A stretch of 64,000 nucleotides of DNA, taken from Antedon mediterranea (Eukaryota; Animalia; Echinodermata). A program made the position numbers and the translations under genes. The stretch lies in NCBI RefSeq assembly GCF_964355755.1, contig NC_092675.1, positions 1,297,812 to 1,361,811 on the forward strand, read 5' to 3'. Position 1 is the stretch's first letter. Each line of letters begins with the position of its first letter. Under the pieces are notes generated by a model. The model saw only the letters and a program-made list of their open reading frames with translations, was not told the DNA's origin and made no database searches. Below, piece after piece: positions 24,491 to 38,196 of this stretch.

Positions 24491-24946
24491 AAATGATCAG
24501 CAAGTGCAGGATGGATCACCCTCATTAAATATGGTTCAAATAAAATAAATAAAATAAAATAAAGCAATTTGAGGTTCCTACCTTAATTTTCTCACAAGCC
24601 CCAACCACAGTGGATAGTGAGGTAATAATAAGGCATGGCTCGATTTATGAGTAGAATCAAATGTTCTTATTTAGTCAATTCTGGCTATTAAGATATCCAT
24701 CAATAGAATAGATAGATAGATACAAGGTATGAATTGATTTACAAGTAAGTTAAAATGCTTTTAGTCAATTCTGGCTAAAGACATCCATTATCAAGAGATG
24801 GAATGACATTTTAGGTGTTGGATATGAACCAAATTGCATAACCTCTAACAACAAAATTAAAAAGATGGAAAAATAGAGAGAATGGTAAGAAGAAGGAAAA
24901 AAAAGGGGGAGGGGGACTGGGATCTCCCAATTTATTTACTTATTTA

Positions 24947-25265
24947 TGGAGTGAGTGAGTGGCCGAGCGGTTAAGACAGTGGAACCGTAATCACGTAGCC
25001 ATAAAATCGGCAGGGGTTCGAGGCTCACTCACTCCATGGTTCTGGTGGTAGAACGAGTCTTCTCGGATAAGGACTATAAACCGTAGGTCCAGTGTACACA
25101 ACTTGCTCGTGTGCACTTTAAAGAACCTAGTACATCTTTCGAGACGAGTAGGGGGTTTCCCCGGTGTATTAGTACATCACAGCCACTGATCACCAACTGG
25201 GCCCTCTGGGAGATCAGTCTTTGACTGAAGAGGTCACCCAGTATAAAGATAAAACAAACAAACAA
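24947..25265 (+). mobile_element. Full-length tRNA-derived SINE
   Basis: A box TGGCCGAGCGG, B box GGTTCGAGGCT, core CTCGGATAAGGACTATAAACCGTAGGTCCAGTGTACACA, (AAAC)n tail. Confidence 0.85.
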
Positions 25266-26407
25266 ATTTTAAAAATGAATATCTTTAATAGTTAAGTGGA
25301 TTATGAATAAAACTGAACAATATTTAGCTGAACAATTTAAATAATTGTACTTAGCCAAACATACTCATTAAAAAATGTTGACCAACCTTAGAAATTTCAT
25401 AGATGAATAAAAGAGAAATGAAGAAACTTCAGAAGATCTTGTATACTACAAGCTGAACAATTTTACTAGGATGAGAATTATCTGCAGGTATGTATACTTT
25501 ATAGAGAAACAGAACAGCCAATAAGAAGTGATGCTTGTACATATTTAATTATCCTATCAGATAAACGATAACGCATATTTGATTCAAACTATTGGTCACT
25601 ATAGTCACATGGTATATTTATATATATATATATATATTCATGGAATAAGACTAGAGCGTGTACTGTGTTCTGGCTGCCGGGCTTGCAAGTACTTGATTTT
25701 AAAAATGACAGTAATGAATGGTAGTAGGTGGTTTTGATGGTGATGGTTCGTGCCAGTGTATGAAGGTTTCTTATATAAGTGGGAGGAAAATACAGATGGG
25801 AAAAAAATGTGGGCAAATAACATGAGGAAATGACTTATGGACAAATAGCCTAATATAAAATTACCAAAGCTTTTTTTATAAGAAAAAATCAATGTACATG
25901 ATAAATTGGTTTAGTATTGTGTCGGCCTACACAAATAGTCAGGGGATGAGTTGAAAAATAGAAAATATACCATCTCGCTGTCCCTTCTCACTAAAAAAAG
26001 AAAAATGTAACAAATGCATTCAACATTAATTATTTGTTTTATAAACTTTTATTCAATTAATCTGATTCTTCCATCATGAATCAATGTCAAAAGACCACGA
26101 GATGGCGGAGCTATTAAAAACGTGCAATAGGAGCATTTATAGAAATGTTACTAATGTGTACTACAAATTTATATGGCAATCAAATGGTAGGATATAAAAA
26201 AGTTGATTACTACAAATAGAAGAAAAAATGCCAAGACCCATGTATCAATTAATTTATAATTAATAATAATACATAATTAGTATCAGAATTTTTCTTTTTT
26301 TTTTTTTTGTTTTTTACTATTATATTCCAAATACAAGAAAATTAAAAGTGCAAACAAATAAATTTCTTAGTTATCATCAAAAGAACATGTAACATTCAAT
26401 TGAGATC

Positions 26408-26670
26408 CAGGATTAGGTAGGAAATTAGGAGAGGGAAAGGGGGATTAGGAGAGGGGAAGGGATTAGGAAAGGAAAAGGGGATGAATTAGGAAAAGTAAGG
26501 GGATTAGGAATGGGAAGATTAGTGGAAGGGTTAGGAGAGGGGAAGGGATTAGGGAAAGGGATTAGGGGAGGGATTAGGAGAGGGGAAGGGGATTAGGAGA
26601 GGAAAGGGGGATTATGAGAGGGAAAGGGGATTAGGAGAGGGAAAGGGGATTAGGAAAGGGAAAGGGGATA
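26408..26670. repeat. Purine-rich imperfect tandem repeat (GGATTAGGAGAGGGAAAGG)n
   Basis: Direct reading; no C on the plus strand over about 260 bp. Confidence 0.9.
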
Positions 26671-27710
26671 GAGGTATTGATCTACCCACCCTACACTTGT
26701 TTTTAATACTGTGCCTCTGGAATATATAATTATTATCTATCAAACGTCTTGTATAAATATACAAACTGCTTAATTTTTAAATTACTGAATGAAAAAGCTT
26801 ATATGTGGGTGTTACTTGATTAAAAAGCAGACTTGGAACAGAGAATGATGTGTATGATTAAATGATTGAGGATCCATTAATCTGAGAGTGATTACAGGAT
26901 GTCATAGTCGTGATTACAAAAGACAACTTGGCTTTAATCAAAAGACGAAACTTACGCAAGTTCAACTATTGATTAATTAACGTATGATTTCATGTATAAA
27001 TCAAGAATGTTAATTTAATTTCTCGGAATCGCTTAAACTATTGTAGGTCATATTTAAATAATGGACGAAAAAATTAAACATTTAGTTATAATAATAACAG
27101 TACTGAAAGAAATGAATGGTTTGTTTTTCACACACGTCACGTACGCTGTTGGTTGTGGTTGAAACCAAATATTATCTGGTGTCATTGTCTTAGCTCTGTT
27201 CTCACAGGCAATTTCTGCTACTGTACTGCGTTGGCCGTTCTTTCTCGTTATTGTATATTTTTCTGTAGAAATGGCGGTGAAATTAAATTGTTTAAATTAT
27301 AGTCTGTATAATCTTTCTGTCATACAGCATGAGCCGTTCTGACAGAAAATCGTACTGCCATGGTAATAGTATCACTGTATACTGCCAATATTAGTCGTTC
27401 TGGATGTCCGGGTTCGGGGGAGTTCACAAAATTTAATTACCTCTCGATTGTTTCCAATAAATTATAACTAAAATATATGGTAATCAAGGAAGATGATTTC
27501 TTAGTACAACAGTACAATTCTAATTAATTATCAATAAAAGAACGTGGTTAATTTCTTGTGAAGAATAAAATGCAAAAACACAAAATCCCACTCGAATAAT
27601 CCAACACTAATATCATTTTAAATCAAATTTGCTACTGACTTTATCTATAATTAATTGGAATATACTCTACTATTAAAAAGATGAGACATCTCCCTAATAA
27701 TTACTTTAAC

Positions 27711-28043
27711 ATGAGTGAGTCATATGGCCGAGCGGTTAAGGCAGGGGCGCCGTTTACCGTACCTAAAGAACCAACAACAACATCGGCAAGGGTTTGAGGC
27801 CGACTCGCTCCTTCTGGTGGTGGAACAAGTCTTCTCGGATAAGGACTATAAACCGTAGGTCCAGTGTACACAGTTATAACCTGTGTGTACTTTAAAGAAA
27901 CCCAGTTCATTATTCGAAAAAGAGTAGGAGGTTACCCCGGTGAACTGGTTCACACAATAGCCCCTGTATCAGGGGGATTACCACCTATCTGATAGGACAG
28001 TGATTAATTCACTATTGGTAATCCTTGGCCACATTGCCTAAAG

Positions 28044-28077
<34 letters not shown>
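27711..28077 (+). mobile_element. tRNA-derived SINE with long poly(A) tail
   Basis: TGGCCGAGCGGTTAAG head, identical core to 24947, different 3' region, ~30-nt A tract. Confidence 0.85.
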
Positions 28078-28079
<2 letters not shown>

Positions 28080-29433
28080 AGCAAACACTGGCCTTTACAC
28101 TAAAATTTATTCTCACAGATTTCCTAATCTATATATCAGGGGTGGGAGAGAGGGCAGGTGGTAGGGGAAATTAACTTTATTTATTTCAGAACGTAGAGTG
28201 TGTTTAATACACAGAGGTAAAACAAAGCAATACAAAATCAACTAATGACTTGTATATTTCAATGTACAATAGAACCTTGTTTACCAACTAAAACAATGAC
28301 CTACTGTCCTTATTTCCTATTATTTAGTCAATTACTACATCATAAAAGAAATAAAATTATAACAATATTACATTGTTGTGGTTTTGTGGGAGAAGGAAGT
28401 TTTATGTTTTTTTTCTAATAAGACTTTAGGAGTGGAATCTTTATTTCCTGATCTTCTTTATACAGGCTTGCTTTATTTAGAGCTAAAACGGTGCTTGCCA
28501 ACATTTTTGCTATGTAATCAGTGTTTTTGTTGCATAGATTATATAATACTTCACAAGGTCACAGTAATTTAATGTTGTTTATGTTTCTATGAACACATTT
28601 TTATATTCTATAATTGTTCTTTATCAACATCTCCAAAGAATTCAGCAATTGTCATTCAAATACCTTGGTAGAGACATTCCCCAGGTTGGATGATAAATCC
28701 AATTTAAATGTGAAATTTCCAGATGAGTTGGAGGAACAGATACACATGTGGCACCTCTTTAAGACTCAATCAATGTGATAATAGTTAATATTGTAGGCCT
28801 ACCGATATTTAAGTCACATTTAATTTTTTGTTTTGCTCCTACTACCCTCAAAGTCTTAAATGTAAAGTTGTAAAACCTTCATATTATGGCACCATCATTC
28901 TGTATTCACCTATTTTGGTTATTGTGAATTTCATATCATCTTATTGGTTCTTTACTTTTTTGTTAATTTATCCATTTATACTCTTCATATCCAGACTTTA
29001 AAATCAAGGTCTATAAACAATCGATTACTATGATCCAAATTGTTTTACCAGTCTTAATAGGGAGATTAGATGTAAATCCTGCTCTGTAAATTATTAACTA
29101 AACTCTAAAATGAATAATGGCATTGGTGTTACCACCAATACGTTGCCCATCAACACAGATGTAATTTGCTTTCTTTCTAGGTTTTGATGACTTATTAAGC
29201 CCCTTTTTCACCAAGTTCCGGCCTAACCATCACAGTTATGGTTTCCTGGTTACCACCTGGTGCCCTACTAAAAAATGGCCAAAATATCCACTTTTTAAAA
29301 TTCTTGCCAAGTGACTTTACTCGCGCATGATTTTTCATTGGTTCATCAAATCTTTTTATATTGCAAAATTATACTGCAGGTTACATATTCCATTAAAACA
29401 ATTTTCTGAATGAATATAATATTCATTTATACC

Positions 29434-29475
29434 GGAATATGATTTCCGCAATAATTATTGCGGAAATCATATTCC
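29434..29475. repeat. Perfect 42-bp palindrome without spacer
   Basis: GGAATATGATTTCCGCAATAA|TTATTGCGGAAATCATATTCC. Confidence 0.9.
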
Positions 29476-30204
29476 AGCATAAATATTGTAGTCCTGTTGC
29501 TGGTACAAATACATGACAAAGAGCTATAGAGTTACATTTAGGTGTCCACTTTTATAAAATAAAATAACAAAGTCCTTCTGGTTCTCTAAAGGCCAACTTA
29601 AAGTTATCCCAATACCTAAAAACTACGCCCGCTATCTCATTCAACTCGTCGTACGATACTCTTGGCTATAATAAAACTATATTATTATAGTTTAAAATTC
29701 TATACAAACATATTACATACCTACATACATACTAAATTGCCTTGGCGATCATTAAATTATAGTTAATTTAATCAATTTGGCCAAATTTATGAAATATCTT
29801 AATAGATTTGAATTTTTTTTTCTCTTTCCAATATGATGCATCACTCGGTATAATTGTGTGTCGCTGATGCAACGTGTAATTTCTGAATAAAGTGCATAAT
29901 TGATTTATTTATGAACATTCAATCATGACTCATTATTTGAAGTTACGTTTTTTCATGACGAAAATGAGTACTTAATCCATCCATCAATCCAAACAGTTCA
30001 ACAAAACACTAAGTAGGCTACTAGGTTTGTTGTTATTATTTCTTTAAAATTCTACAATTTAATTTTAAAACCAGACTGCCCATCATACTAGTTGGTCCTT
30101 TTTCTGATGATTGAAAGTTACAATGCTATTTAACAGGATCACTCTGTTGCAATTAAAGGAATATTTATTTGACATTGGAAGTAGCCCATGGTACATATGA
30201 CTTA

Positions 30205-30732
30205 GGCCCTGTTCAAACCTATGGAATTATGCTTTTGTATTGCACTCCATAGGTCTGGACCAGGAACAGATTAGTGGAAGCCACCTCCTACAACAAGATT
30301 AGTGGAAGCCACCTCCTATGACAAGATTAGTGGAAGCAACCTCCTACGACAAGATTAGTGGAAGCCACCTCCTACGACAAGATTAGTGGAAGCCACCTCC
30401 TACGACAAGATTAGTGGAAGCCACCTCCTACGACAAGATTAGTGGAAGCCACCTCCTACGACAAGATTAGTGGAAGCCACCTCCTACGACAAGATTAGTG
30501 GAAGCCACCTCCTACGACAAGATTAGTGAATGACACTTATGATACGAAAGTCATGCATCCAAATTGTTAACTTTCAACCAATCAAATTTACTCCTGCATA
30601 CTAGATGTTTGCCCAAATCAGTGACAGCACCTCAGTTTCAAACGAAAGCGTTATTATTGCTGTTATGACGCTAATTATAATATGACATTGCTTTTGATAC
30701 GAAAGCACAACTCCATGGATCTGAACATACCC
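30205..30732. mobile_element. PIF/Harbinger-like MITE hosting a minisatellite
   Basis: Imperfect TIRs GGCCCTGTTCAAACCTATGGAATTATGCTTT / AAAGCACAACTCCATGGATCTGAACATACCC with TTA on both flanks. Confidence 0.65.
30269..30528. repeat. 28-bp minisatellite (GATTAGTGGAAGCCACCTCCTACGACAA), about 9 copies
   Basis: Direct reading. Confidence 0.95.
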
Positions 30733-33700
30733 TTAATGTAGTGTTGTGGTGTTAGAGGGTTGAAGCCACTTATATCTGGTTATGGGAGCGATCACGAAAC
30801 GTGGTAAAAAAAATTATAGCTACTGCATTATATTTTTTTAGATGCTTCATACTTAATTATCTCATAATAGTTCAAGATGTGATATGAAAATTAATCTAAA
30901 TGATGAATAAGTGTATATCCTGTTGAAGTGGTAAGCTAATTGAAACCTGGACTGGCCCGTTTATGACAACCCTGGTTCAAATCAAAAAGTAACTTGCAGA
31001 GTGGATCGAGGTCAGTTGTTATTTTTAAAAAAACTCAAGACACACCTTAACTTGTTATTGTGCTAATAAATTACCACATTCTATGAACAAGCAAAAGATC
31101 GGGAATATCTATTAATAACTGTTGAATCTTTTGCATACACCCACTTTTTTTAAACGTCAAACCCCCTTAATCTACCCTATCCATCTGTGTTTCATACAGG
31201 CAGAAGTTTTTTGCTGATTGCTAGCACGCTACATGGGAGGAGGTGCTATTTATCATGAATTTTACAAGAGTACCATGTTCCGGTCATCTAGGGGTGTCAT
31301 TTTAACTTAATTTAACTTAAAATGGTGTTGGGGGGGGGGGGGTGCTTGTGACTCAAATACCAAGTGTCCTAAATTCCCCCACCCCACATGGCCTATCCTG
31401 GGTTCAGCCTTGTAGAAGGACTTAAAACTAGAGATCTAATGTACACTATTTCTGCCTTGTATACACTTGAAAAAACCTAGTTGTTTCTTGACTATTGTTT
31501 AATTGATTGGTGAATATCACAGGTTACAAATGGGTCATGATTTTTATTACAATATTAAATCTTTATACTAATACCAAGAAAGATTTTACAAAAATATGTG
31601 GAACTTTATAGTACCTGTAAAAAAATATTTACAATGTCATGAACCCAAATGTTATTATTATCTAAATCCTGGTAAATCCGTCATAAAAATTGATATGAAT
31701 TGTATAATTAATACTGTCAATGATCATATAAAAATTATAACAAAAGCTCTCAAATCGCAGACTGGTTAATAACAATATTTATACACTAGGTTTGATTCTA
31801 TCTTCTAATATACTACTTTACTTTATGTATATACCGTATTGCTTTATCACATGACATCAACTCAATTGTAAAATGTTTTGAATTTTGTTTAGACCTATTA
31901 CCTAATCTATACACAATACTAATCCACATTTTAAGTACAATATGCTCTTGTAAAAATATATGATCAATACAATACTATAATAGGCCTCGTTTTTGCTGCA
32001 TATCATCAATATACAAAATACTATAATAATATATGGTATACAATTCAATGACCCCATTTCTGCTAAAACTATTTTGTGGGAGGACTATTACAATGTTTTC
32101 TTGTGTATGTTTTAAAAGCAGCAGAAATGGTGCAAGAAACATAGGTACAGTGTAAATATTGAAATACACCGTATAATATCCTAAATGATAAATATCAGTA
32201 TATATATGGTATATTTTCACGCTGCTGCTCTAGCCCGCTACGTCACACGAGATGACTCATTCATTAGATGAAATCAAGCAGCTTTATAGTACTACACTTT
32301 GACATTTTTGTTAAAATGGAAACTCCACTATAATTTATTGGTACCACCTGTTGAATCCAAAAACGGCTGAGAAAAGAGTCTAACACAAATCCCAAAGCAT
32401 TCTGGTATTTATGAGTCCCATGATATAATTCGCTGTCAGATAATCATTGAATTATTATCAAAACAGTCCATTGAAGTTTTTGTTTGTAATAGGATACTTG
32501 AAGTATCTAGGCGTGATGAAGTGACCCCCAGACTTGACCTTAGCAATAACAATAAGCGAGCAGCGTTTTTTGTAAGAAATATTCTTGTTTATGAGGTCTC
32601 TGCTGCCACAAAAAAAATACTGTTTATAAATCATAGCATATGTCCATACAGTATGTCCTACTTCTTAATGTTAGCTGAGAGTAATTAAGTTAGTTTATTG
32701 GTACTACTTGTAATAGGTTGTTTATTAACTTATTAAAACATTTTCCAGGATAGGACTGTTTGTTTTTTTTTTAATTCAAGATATTGAACTGAATTTAATA
32801 AGTGGCATCAATTTATAAATTAAAATGGCTATTTGAATTATATGTACAAATAGCTCATTTGATACACTACTGTATTGAATTCATACAGAAGTACACACAC
32901 AAGCAGTATCCTTACCACTTGATTGGTTAATATGCATCACAGCGGCTGTTCAATATTAGTTCTACCTATCAGGAATGTGATAATTAATGGTTCTAATGCA
33001 TGTTCAGCTTTTATGTAAAAAAATGTTCTCATGTACGAAAAATAAGAAAGAAATTGAGGCAGAGCCGAGTTAAAGATGTATTGTCCTCAAAATAATGATA
33101 GGTAATTTTGCAGTTTTAATCAAGTTATTCACTTCCGTAGAAAAGAAAAATCAACAAAAAATAATTATTACAATTATAAAAAGACAAAAGAAATGGTTAA
33201 TTTTAACCAAAAGCCATTGTCTGTTAAGTTGAAATTTGTTTAGGAAAATAATTTTTGTTAAAATCCAGTTTTTTCTCAAAGTGAATACAAATATTTTGTT
33301 ATCTTTAAATAGAGCACTTTTCTTTCAACCCATGAAATATTCTTACCATTCAAATTTACATTAATTGTTTGTATAGTGTTGGTGGTCAGAGGATAGATTT
33401 GTTCCTTGTTAAAGTAGTGTATAGTTTATACAAAGAAAAGGTGGAAAGAGATAGGAAGAAAGTCCTTGAACTTAGTATCTTGCATGTCACAATCATTTCC
33501 TTAATAACTTTTTTTTCACTGAAATTACTCATTAAAATTAAGAGCAAATGTAGTTAAATTATAAGAGCATTTATGGTAATAATATTAAATGTCAACTAAT
33601 ATAATTTTAATGATTAAAGTGCAAGACATTGTGAAAAGAAAAAATTTAATTATGAGCGAGAGAAAATATATAAGTAAGACTCAAAAGATGATAGCTTACA

Positions 33701-34334
33701 CATCTGTGCTATTATTGAATCTCTGGGGAATGGTTCATCATGTATGTCATGTATCCTATTGTATTGGATAATACTTAATGTTAATTGTTGATATCATGTT
33801 GCTATCAGAATACACGGTTTACGATATTCAACATACATTAATTTTGTTCGATGTATTTTTGACTAAAATCAACTGAAGGACCAACATACAGCTACTTCAC
33901 AGAAGTAAGATACCAACTTAACTTGGGCTAAAAATGAAGACAGGATCGTCGAAACAAGGGCACCTTGAGTGGATAGTTTTCAACAAACTGCACCCAGTGG
34001 TATTGTTAGTTTTCCTGGAAGTCAAGACATCATTGTCTGTCTTCTTTTTTTGTATAGATGTGTATGGATTTCCAAGGATCTGATGTCATACAGTACTACA
34101 TTATAGATACGTCTCGCCTAGTTTCCCGACAACTAGCCCAGTTCCAATAAAAAAAACTGTTTACAGGCCTACTAAGTGGTACAAGTACTCAGACCTGACT
34201 ATGATATTTCAAGTCATCCTCCCAATTTCCCGCTAAAAATACATTGCTCGAAACTAATGTTTTCTTCATTTTTTTCATCCAATTAAAACTATTTTAATAT
34301 GTATTCTGCTTATATACTAAGTCTCATTTGAGGA

Positions 34335-34448
34335 TTAGGGAGTGGAATTGAAAGAGTTGTGAGTTACAGCCCTGGCACTAGGTCAGGATTGAACTCTGAA
34401 CCTTGGGATTGGAAGGCAAGCACATTAACCACCAAGCTATAGCACCAC
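34335..34448 (-). mobile_element. Degenerate tRNA-derived SINE head (related fragments near 9905 and 50550-50640)
   Basis: Minus strand GTGGTGCTATAGCTTGGTGGTTAA...GAGTTCAATCC; no proper acceptor stem. Confidence 0.5.
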
Positions 34449-35755
34449 TACAATTTAAAGAGAAAAATATAAACATATTATTATTTCATTTTTTTGGTAA
34501 GGCAAGTTATTTTCAAGCTCATAAATTATACTGTACAAACACAAATTTAAAAACACAAAATGAATTAGAGTAAGAGTTGTTTTTTTTAACATTTTATACA
34601 GTTTATTTTTGCAGAATATCATTATGTAAAATCTGAAATAATCGTTGCAAAACAAACATCGCGGTTTCAATATTTTTATAGTGAAAATTTAAGAATTTTG
34701 AAGCTCAAGATTGTCGTCTCTAAATAAACATATTAAGTCTGTTGTGTAGTAATATTTTTTATTTTTAAACTTTTCGTTTCAATTTTTCACATAAATAATA
34801 GTGTATAATGTATTTGGTTAAAAACAGTAAATAGGTTTGATTTTTTAATGATTTGAAATTTAGTAATCAATCATTAATTGATAGGCCGCTGGATTTTTTT
34901 CTTAATTTTTATCCATTTGATGATATTTTTACTAATTTCCATAGTTTGTATCATAAGATACCAAGGCATCTTCCACAGATTCAGTGAAATAAAGTAGTTT
35001 GTTGAACTGAGAGTTGCAAGTTTGGTAGGCTACTTTATTTTTTTTATTTAAATAATTCGAAAAGTAATGACTTAAAGTAAGCAATTGAACATTGTGACTA
35101 AAAGCTTGGTTCCCACTGGGACATGACGCAAGAACATTAGCTAAATACAACGCGAGGATCATCCCAACATTCATGTATGATAATGACTTGCGCTGCATGT
35201 ATGTCCTTGGAAACTAATGCATTATTGAAACATAAATTGATACATTGTGACTAAAGCTTGGTTATCACTATGGATGTTTCTCGTGCATAGCGCCGAATAA
35301 ACCGTTTAGTTCAAAATAGGTTAAAAATATAGTTTTTATATCGACTGCATTTCTGCTCCTAAATAACCGTTTAAATGAGTGGATGGTCTTTGACGGAAAA
35401 CGTTAGAAGTACCTAAAATTCAATTGGTACTGGTGGTCAATTCAAATGTTATTACAGTGCTTAAGGTCAGCAGCTGTCAATCAAATAACCATTGCGTTGC
35501 AGCTAAAAGTTGCACAGCAATACTGGTTAAATGGAGTTCTAACATCAATCACATCGATTGGGTGTTTTTTTTAACCGTAGGCTGCCATTTTTAAGCAGTT
35601 GTAATAACATGCTGGAAGTTTATTTTATCGCAAACAAAATAAGACGCAATCGATTTCAAACGCAGCAGAGGTGTAAAAGTGCCAGTAAATTAAACTCTAC
35701 TAAGTAGGCCTAATTAGTCTTAGTAGGGAAGAGTATTAACTCTTTTCTGGTCTTA

Positions 35756-36704
35756 AGCTCTGTCTACACTATCAAACTAGTTTGACAAAAAAAGTGTGAT
35801 GTGCCCAAATATAGAAGTGATATGACATCATCATGTACATATGTTATGCGCGATTTGAACGATTTGCGCAATTTGAAATTGCGCAAAAAAAATCCTTGCG
35901 CAATTTGAATTGAAACATGTGTTTCAAATTGCGCAAGCAACGTATTAAATTGCGCAAGTAATCTGCAAATTGCGCAAGGTTTTTCGACAGATTGTGAAAT
36001 CATGCACACCCATATTTTTATAGTAATTTCTAAGAATGATTCAAAATTAAACATAAATATCGCATTTCCTTATTTTAGTAGTGCAAATATTGTTATAAGT
36101 TAGCATACCGTCGAAGAACCGACGAAGGAAAACGAAGCGGTGGTGTTCCACCAGGCGGGCGCGGCGCGGGCGGCCGGCTATACTACTCTAGCCTAGCTAG
36201 GGTCTGGACTACTGATACTGACTAGGTTACATGGCCTAGCTTAAACTAATATTAAAAACTTAAAAAGTGAGTATTAAACATTATCTTCATTGAAATGGTC
36301 TTATTTATATAATAAAATACTAAATTTTAAACTCCTCTGCCTAGGCCTAGCCTAGCCATGTATGGGAAAATTTACAGTTCGTTTTCAAATTGCGCAAAGG
36401 TGTCATATTGCGCAAGAACTATCTTGCGCAATTTACAAATTGTGCAGCGCAATTTAAAATTGCGCAAAGATTTTCTTGCGCAATTTGAAATTGCGCAAGT
36501 TGATTGCGCAATTTGAAATTGCGCAAAAAAATCCTTGCGCAATTTTAAATTGCGCAAGAATTCTTTGCGCAATTTCAAATTGCGCAAGGATTTTTTTGCG
36601 CAATTTCAAATTGCGCAAATCGTTCAAATCGCGCATAACACATATATAAATGGGTACTACATCACGTGTTTTTGTCACATAAAGTTTGATAGTGTAGACT
36701 TAGA
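35756..36704. mobile_element. MITE family A copy split by a nested insertion
   Basis: Left arm 35756-35841, right arm 36641-36704 ending AGTTTGATAGTGTAGAC. Confidence 0.8.
35842..36640. mobile_element. Foldback-type non-autonomous DNA transposon, Ginger-like ends, 799 bp
   Basis: Long TIRs TGTTATGCGCGATTTGAACGATTTGCGCAATTTGAAATTGCGCAAAAAAA / reverse complement ending CATAACA; 4-bp CATA duplication at 35838-35841 and 36641-36644; subterminal TTGCGCAA arrays. Confidence 0.8.
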
Positions 36705-38196
36705 GTATAGCGTTAGACTTATAAATAAGAAATAACTTTCTTTGAACTCACCGTACTGACGTCATGGTTATATATAAATTCTTGGTAGGCCAACTTAGGC
36801 CTACCTAAGAAAAAAGCAAAGCCTAGCTAGGCCGGTGCCTATGCGTGCTTTTCAAGTAAACAATCGAGCTGACACTTGAGTCCGTTAGTTATTGATTGAG
36901 TATTGACTTTTGACTTCCTGAACTGGTCTGGAAGAAAGCTTTGGATATAGCCTATCTAAGGCTAAATGACACAGGTGGTCAATTTTGGTATTTATACATT
37001 AAGATGGAAATCTGAAGTTCATAGTTTATACATAACACAAAACATCAAATGACAGACAGTATAGGCCTAACCTAGGCCTATCACCACCAACAAAAAATTG
37101 AGCGAAGAAGCTCGGAACGGAAAGAAGATCGAGAGAGGAAGTTTAGTTTCTCTAGAGGGCGCATGAGATTATACTATTATTTTACTCCGGTGCACCACAT
37201 CCTGTGCACATTTGTGCCAAAAAAAATTACTGTGATCGTAAAATTCGCGAAATGAATCTCTTCTTCAAGTTTCAACAGTATCTACTAAAAGGTTTAAATT
37301 TCTTAGCAGGACCCGCTGACGTTGAAAGGATGTTATACGTGATATCTTATTATTTTTGCGCATGGGATTATTCCATTTTTGTTAATTGCATAACGAAAAG
37401 AAATAATACACCGTAAAATCTATTGGAAATCTACTAAAATGTATTGGTTGCTTTCCTTTAAAACGGAGGAACACTCTCGTAACAACTAATATATACAGAT
37501 ACAACAAGTTAATAATGGTTCACAATTACATAAACCGAAAATAAAGCCACACCGTATAAGACGATATTTCAAACGATCAACAAAAATGGACACTTTATAG
37601 ATATTCTAGACTTACTAATGATATATCAGGAATAGTAACAAACGAAAATCACAAAATTGCGACACGATTGAGAAATGCATTATAAGAAGTAAAAATGACC
37701 ACAATCACGCCAATCCTTTTTTTTCTGAATCTGTACAGAATTGTTTGACTTTGACACAGCAAAATTCTTGTCATTCAAATGAAAAAAAACAACTAAAAAA
37801 CCAACGTTACAATTTCCATAAAGGTGTGCTTCTGAACGTGATAGTGATTTCTACCGTCGTCGTAACGAAGATGACGCCGGAAGAGACCGGGTCGGTTGGC
37901 ATATTATGGGAGGGGTGGTGGAGAGAGATAGATGTTCAGACAGGTGTATCTTATTTATTTATTTTATTTTCAATCTTTCTACATAGCAAAAAAACAAACA
38001 TATAAGTATAACAGGGGAGTAGCGGAAAAGCAAAAGTATAAAACTGTCATCTTGTGATGTGCTTGACCAGCCCCTGTCAACTTGATCGGATACAATAAAA
38101 CCGACATTTAACAAATTTAGAAAAATACATAGAAAAATATGGTATAATAAAATGTTAACAAAAGTGTTATAAAAATGCAATTGCTATCTGAACAAT

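Noticed and set aside
30269-30528. 28-bp direct repeats resembling a CRISPR array (also 53126, 55399, 61842)
   Set aside because: Head-to-tail units with no unique spacers, no cas genes, eukaryotic context.
35764-36735. ORFs with LRNFKLRK / AQFEIAQ repeats
   Set aside because: Translations of the TTGCGCAA arrays of the foldback element.
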